The position numbers and the translations under genes were made by a program. Under the pieces are notes generated by a model. That model searched no databases and was not told the DNA's origin. It was given only the letters and a program-made list of their open reading frames with translations. Positions 63,093-64,000 of a DNA stretch of 64,000 bases are shown here, one piece after another. The DNA comes from Acidimicrobiaceae bacterium (GTDB taxonomy: Bacteria > Actinomycetota > Acidimicrobiia > Acidimicrobiales > Salinilacustritrichaceae). The stretch is taken from contig JAKFET010000049.1 of the NCBI GenBank assembly GCA_036675575.1, positions 619-64,618 on the forward strand, read 5' to 3'. Positions within the stretch are counted from its first letter, which is position 1, and every line of letters starts with the position of its first letter.

Positions 63093-64000
<908 letters not shown>

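Overview
This is a very GC-rich, gene-dense chromosomal segment. Its gene content points to an actinobacterium: mycothiol S-conjugate amidase Mca, mycoredoxin, F420-type LLM oxidoreductases, NucS, WS/DGAT, DnaE2 and KatG. I call 67 protein-coding genes, with cysC and katG cut by the window edges. I found no rRNA, tRNA, CRISPR array, transposase or integrase.

Main gene themes:
- Sulfate activation: cysC-cysN-cysD with divergent cysQ, plus a distant PAPS-type sulfotransferase / MFS / acyl-CoA synthetase locus.
- Acyl-CoA and lipid genes: 2 acyl-CoA dehydrogenases, 2 Hsd4A-like SDRs, 2 MaoC hydratases, a thiolase, an enoyl-CoA hydratase, a family III CoA-transferase, a thioesterase, SCP2 and WS/DGAT.
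- DNA repair: nucS, a RecB-family nuclease, an SF2 helicase, a methyltransferase-Mug fusion, alkB and dnaE2.
- Envelope and secreted proteins: VanW, a PLC-like protein, the NfeD-SPFH pair and several lipoproteins.

Structure the gene calls do not explain:
1. A 3-copy ~70-85-nt repeat sits exactly on gene 3' ends and carries SD-like strings, a short ORF and a perfect hairpin (MIRU-like junction element). One copy gives a Cys-rich short ORF overlapping the mca start.
2. An SD-equipped 14-codon mini-ORF fills the unusual cysD-cysN spacer.
3. A perfect 23-bp-arm palindrome lies between two divergent gene starts.
4. A 51-nt composite hairpin lies at an acyl-CoA synthetase stop.
5. A 2 x 38/39-bp tandem palindromic repeat lies upstream of a secreted PLC-like gene.
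6. The same 18-bp palindrome CTTGACC-N4-GGTCAAG occurs at two distant promoters.
7. Two perfect LexA (Cheo-type) boxes precede alkB and dnaE2.
8. A 90-aa protein ends in a consensus beta-clamp motif, next to the methyltransferase-Mug fusion.
9. A ~0.7-kb patch of atypical codon usage spans two secreted-protein genes.

All functional calls rest on motif recognition by eye; no database search was possible.
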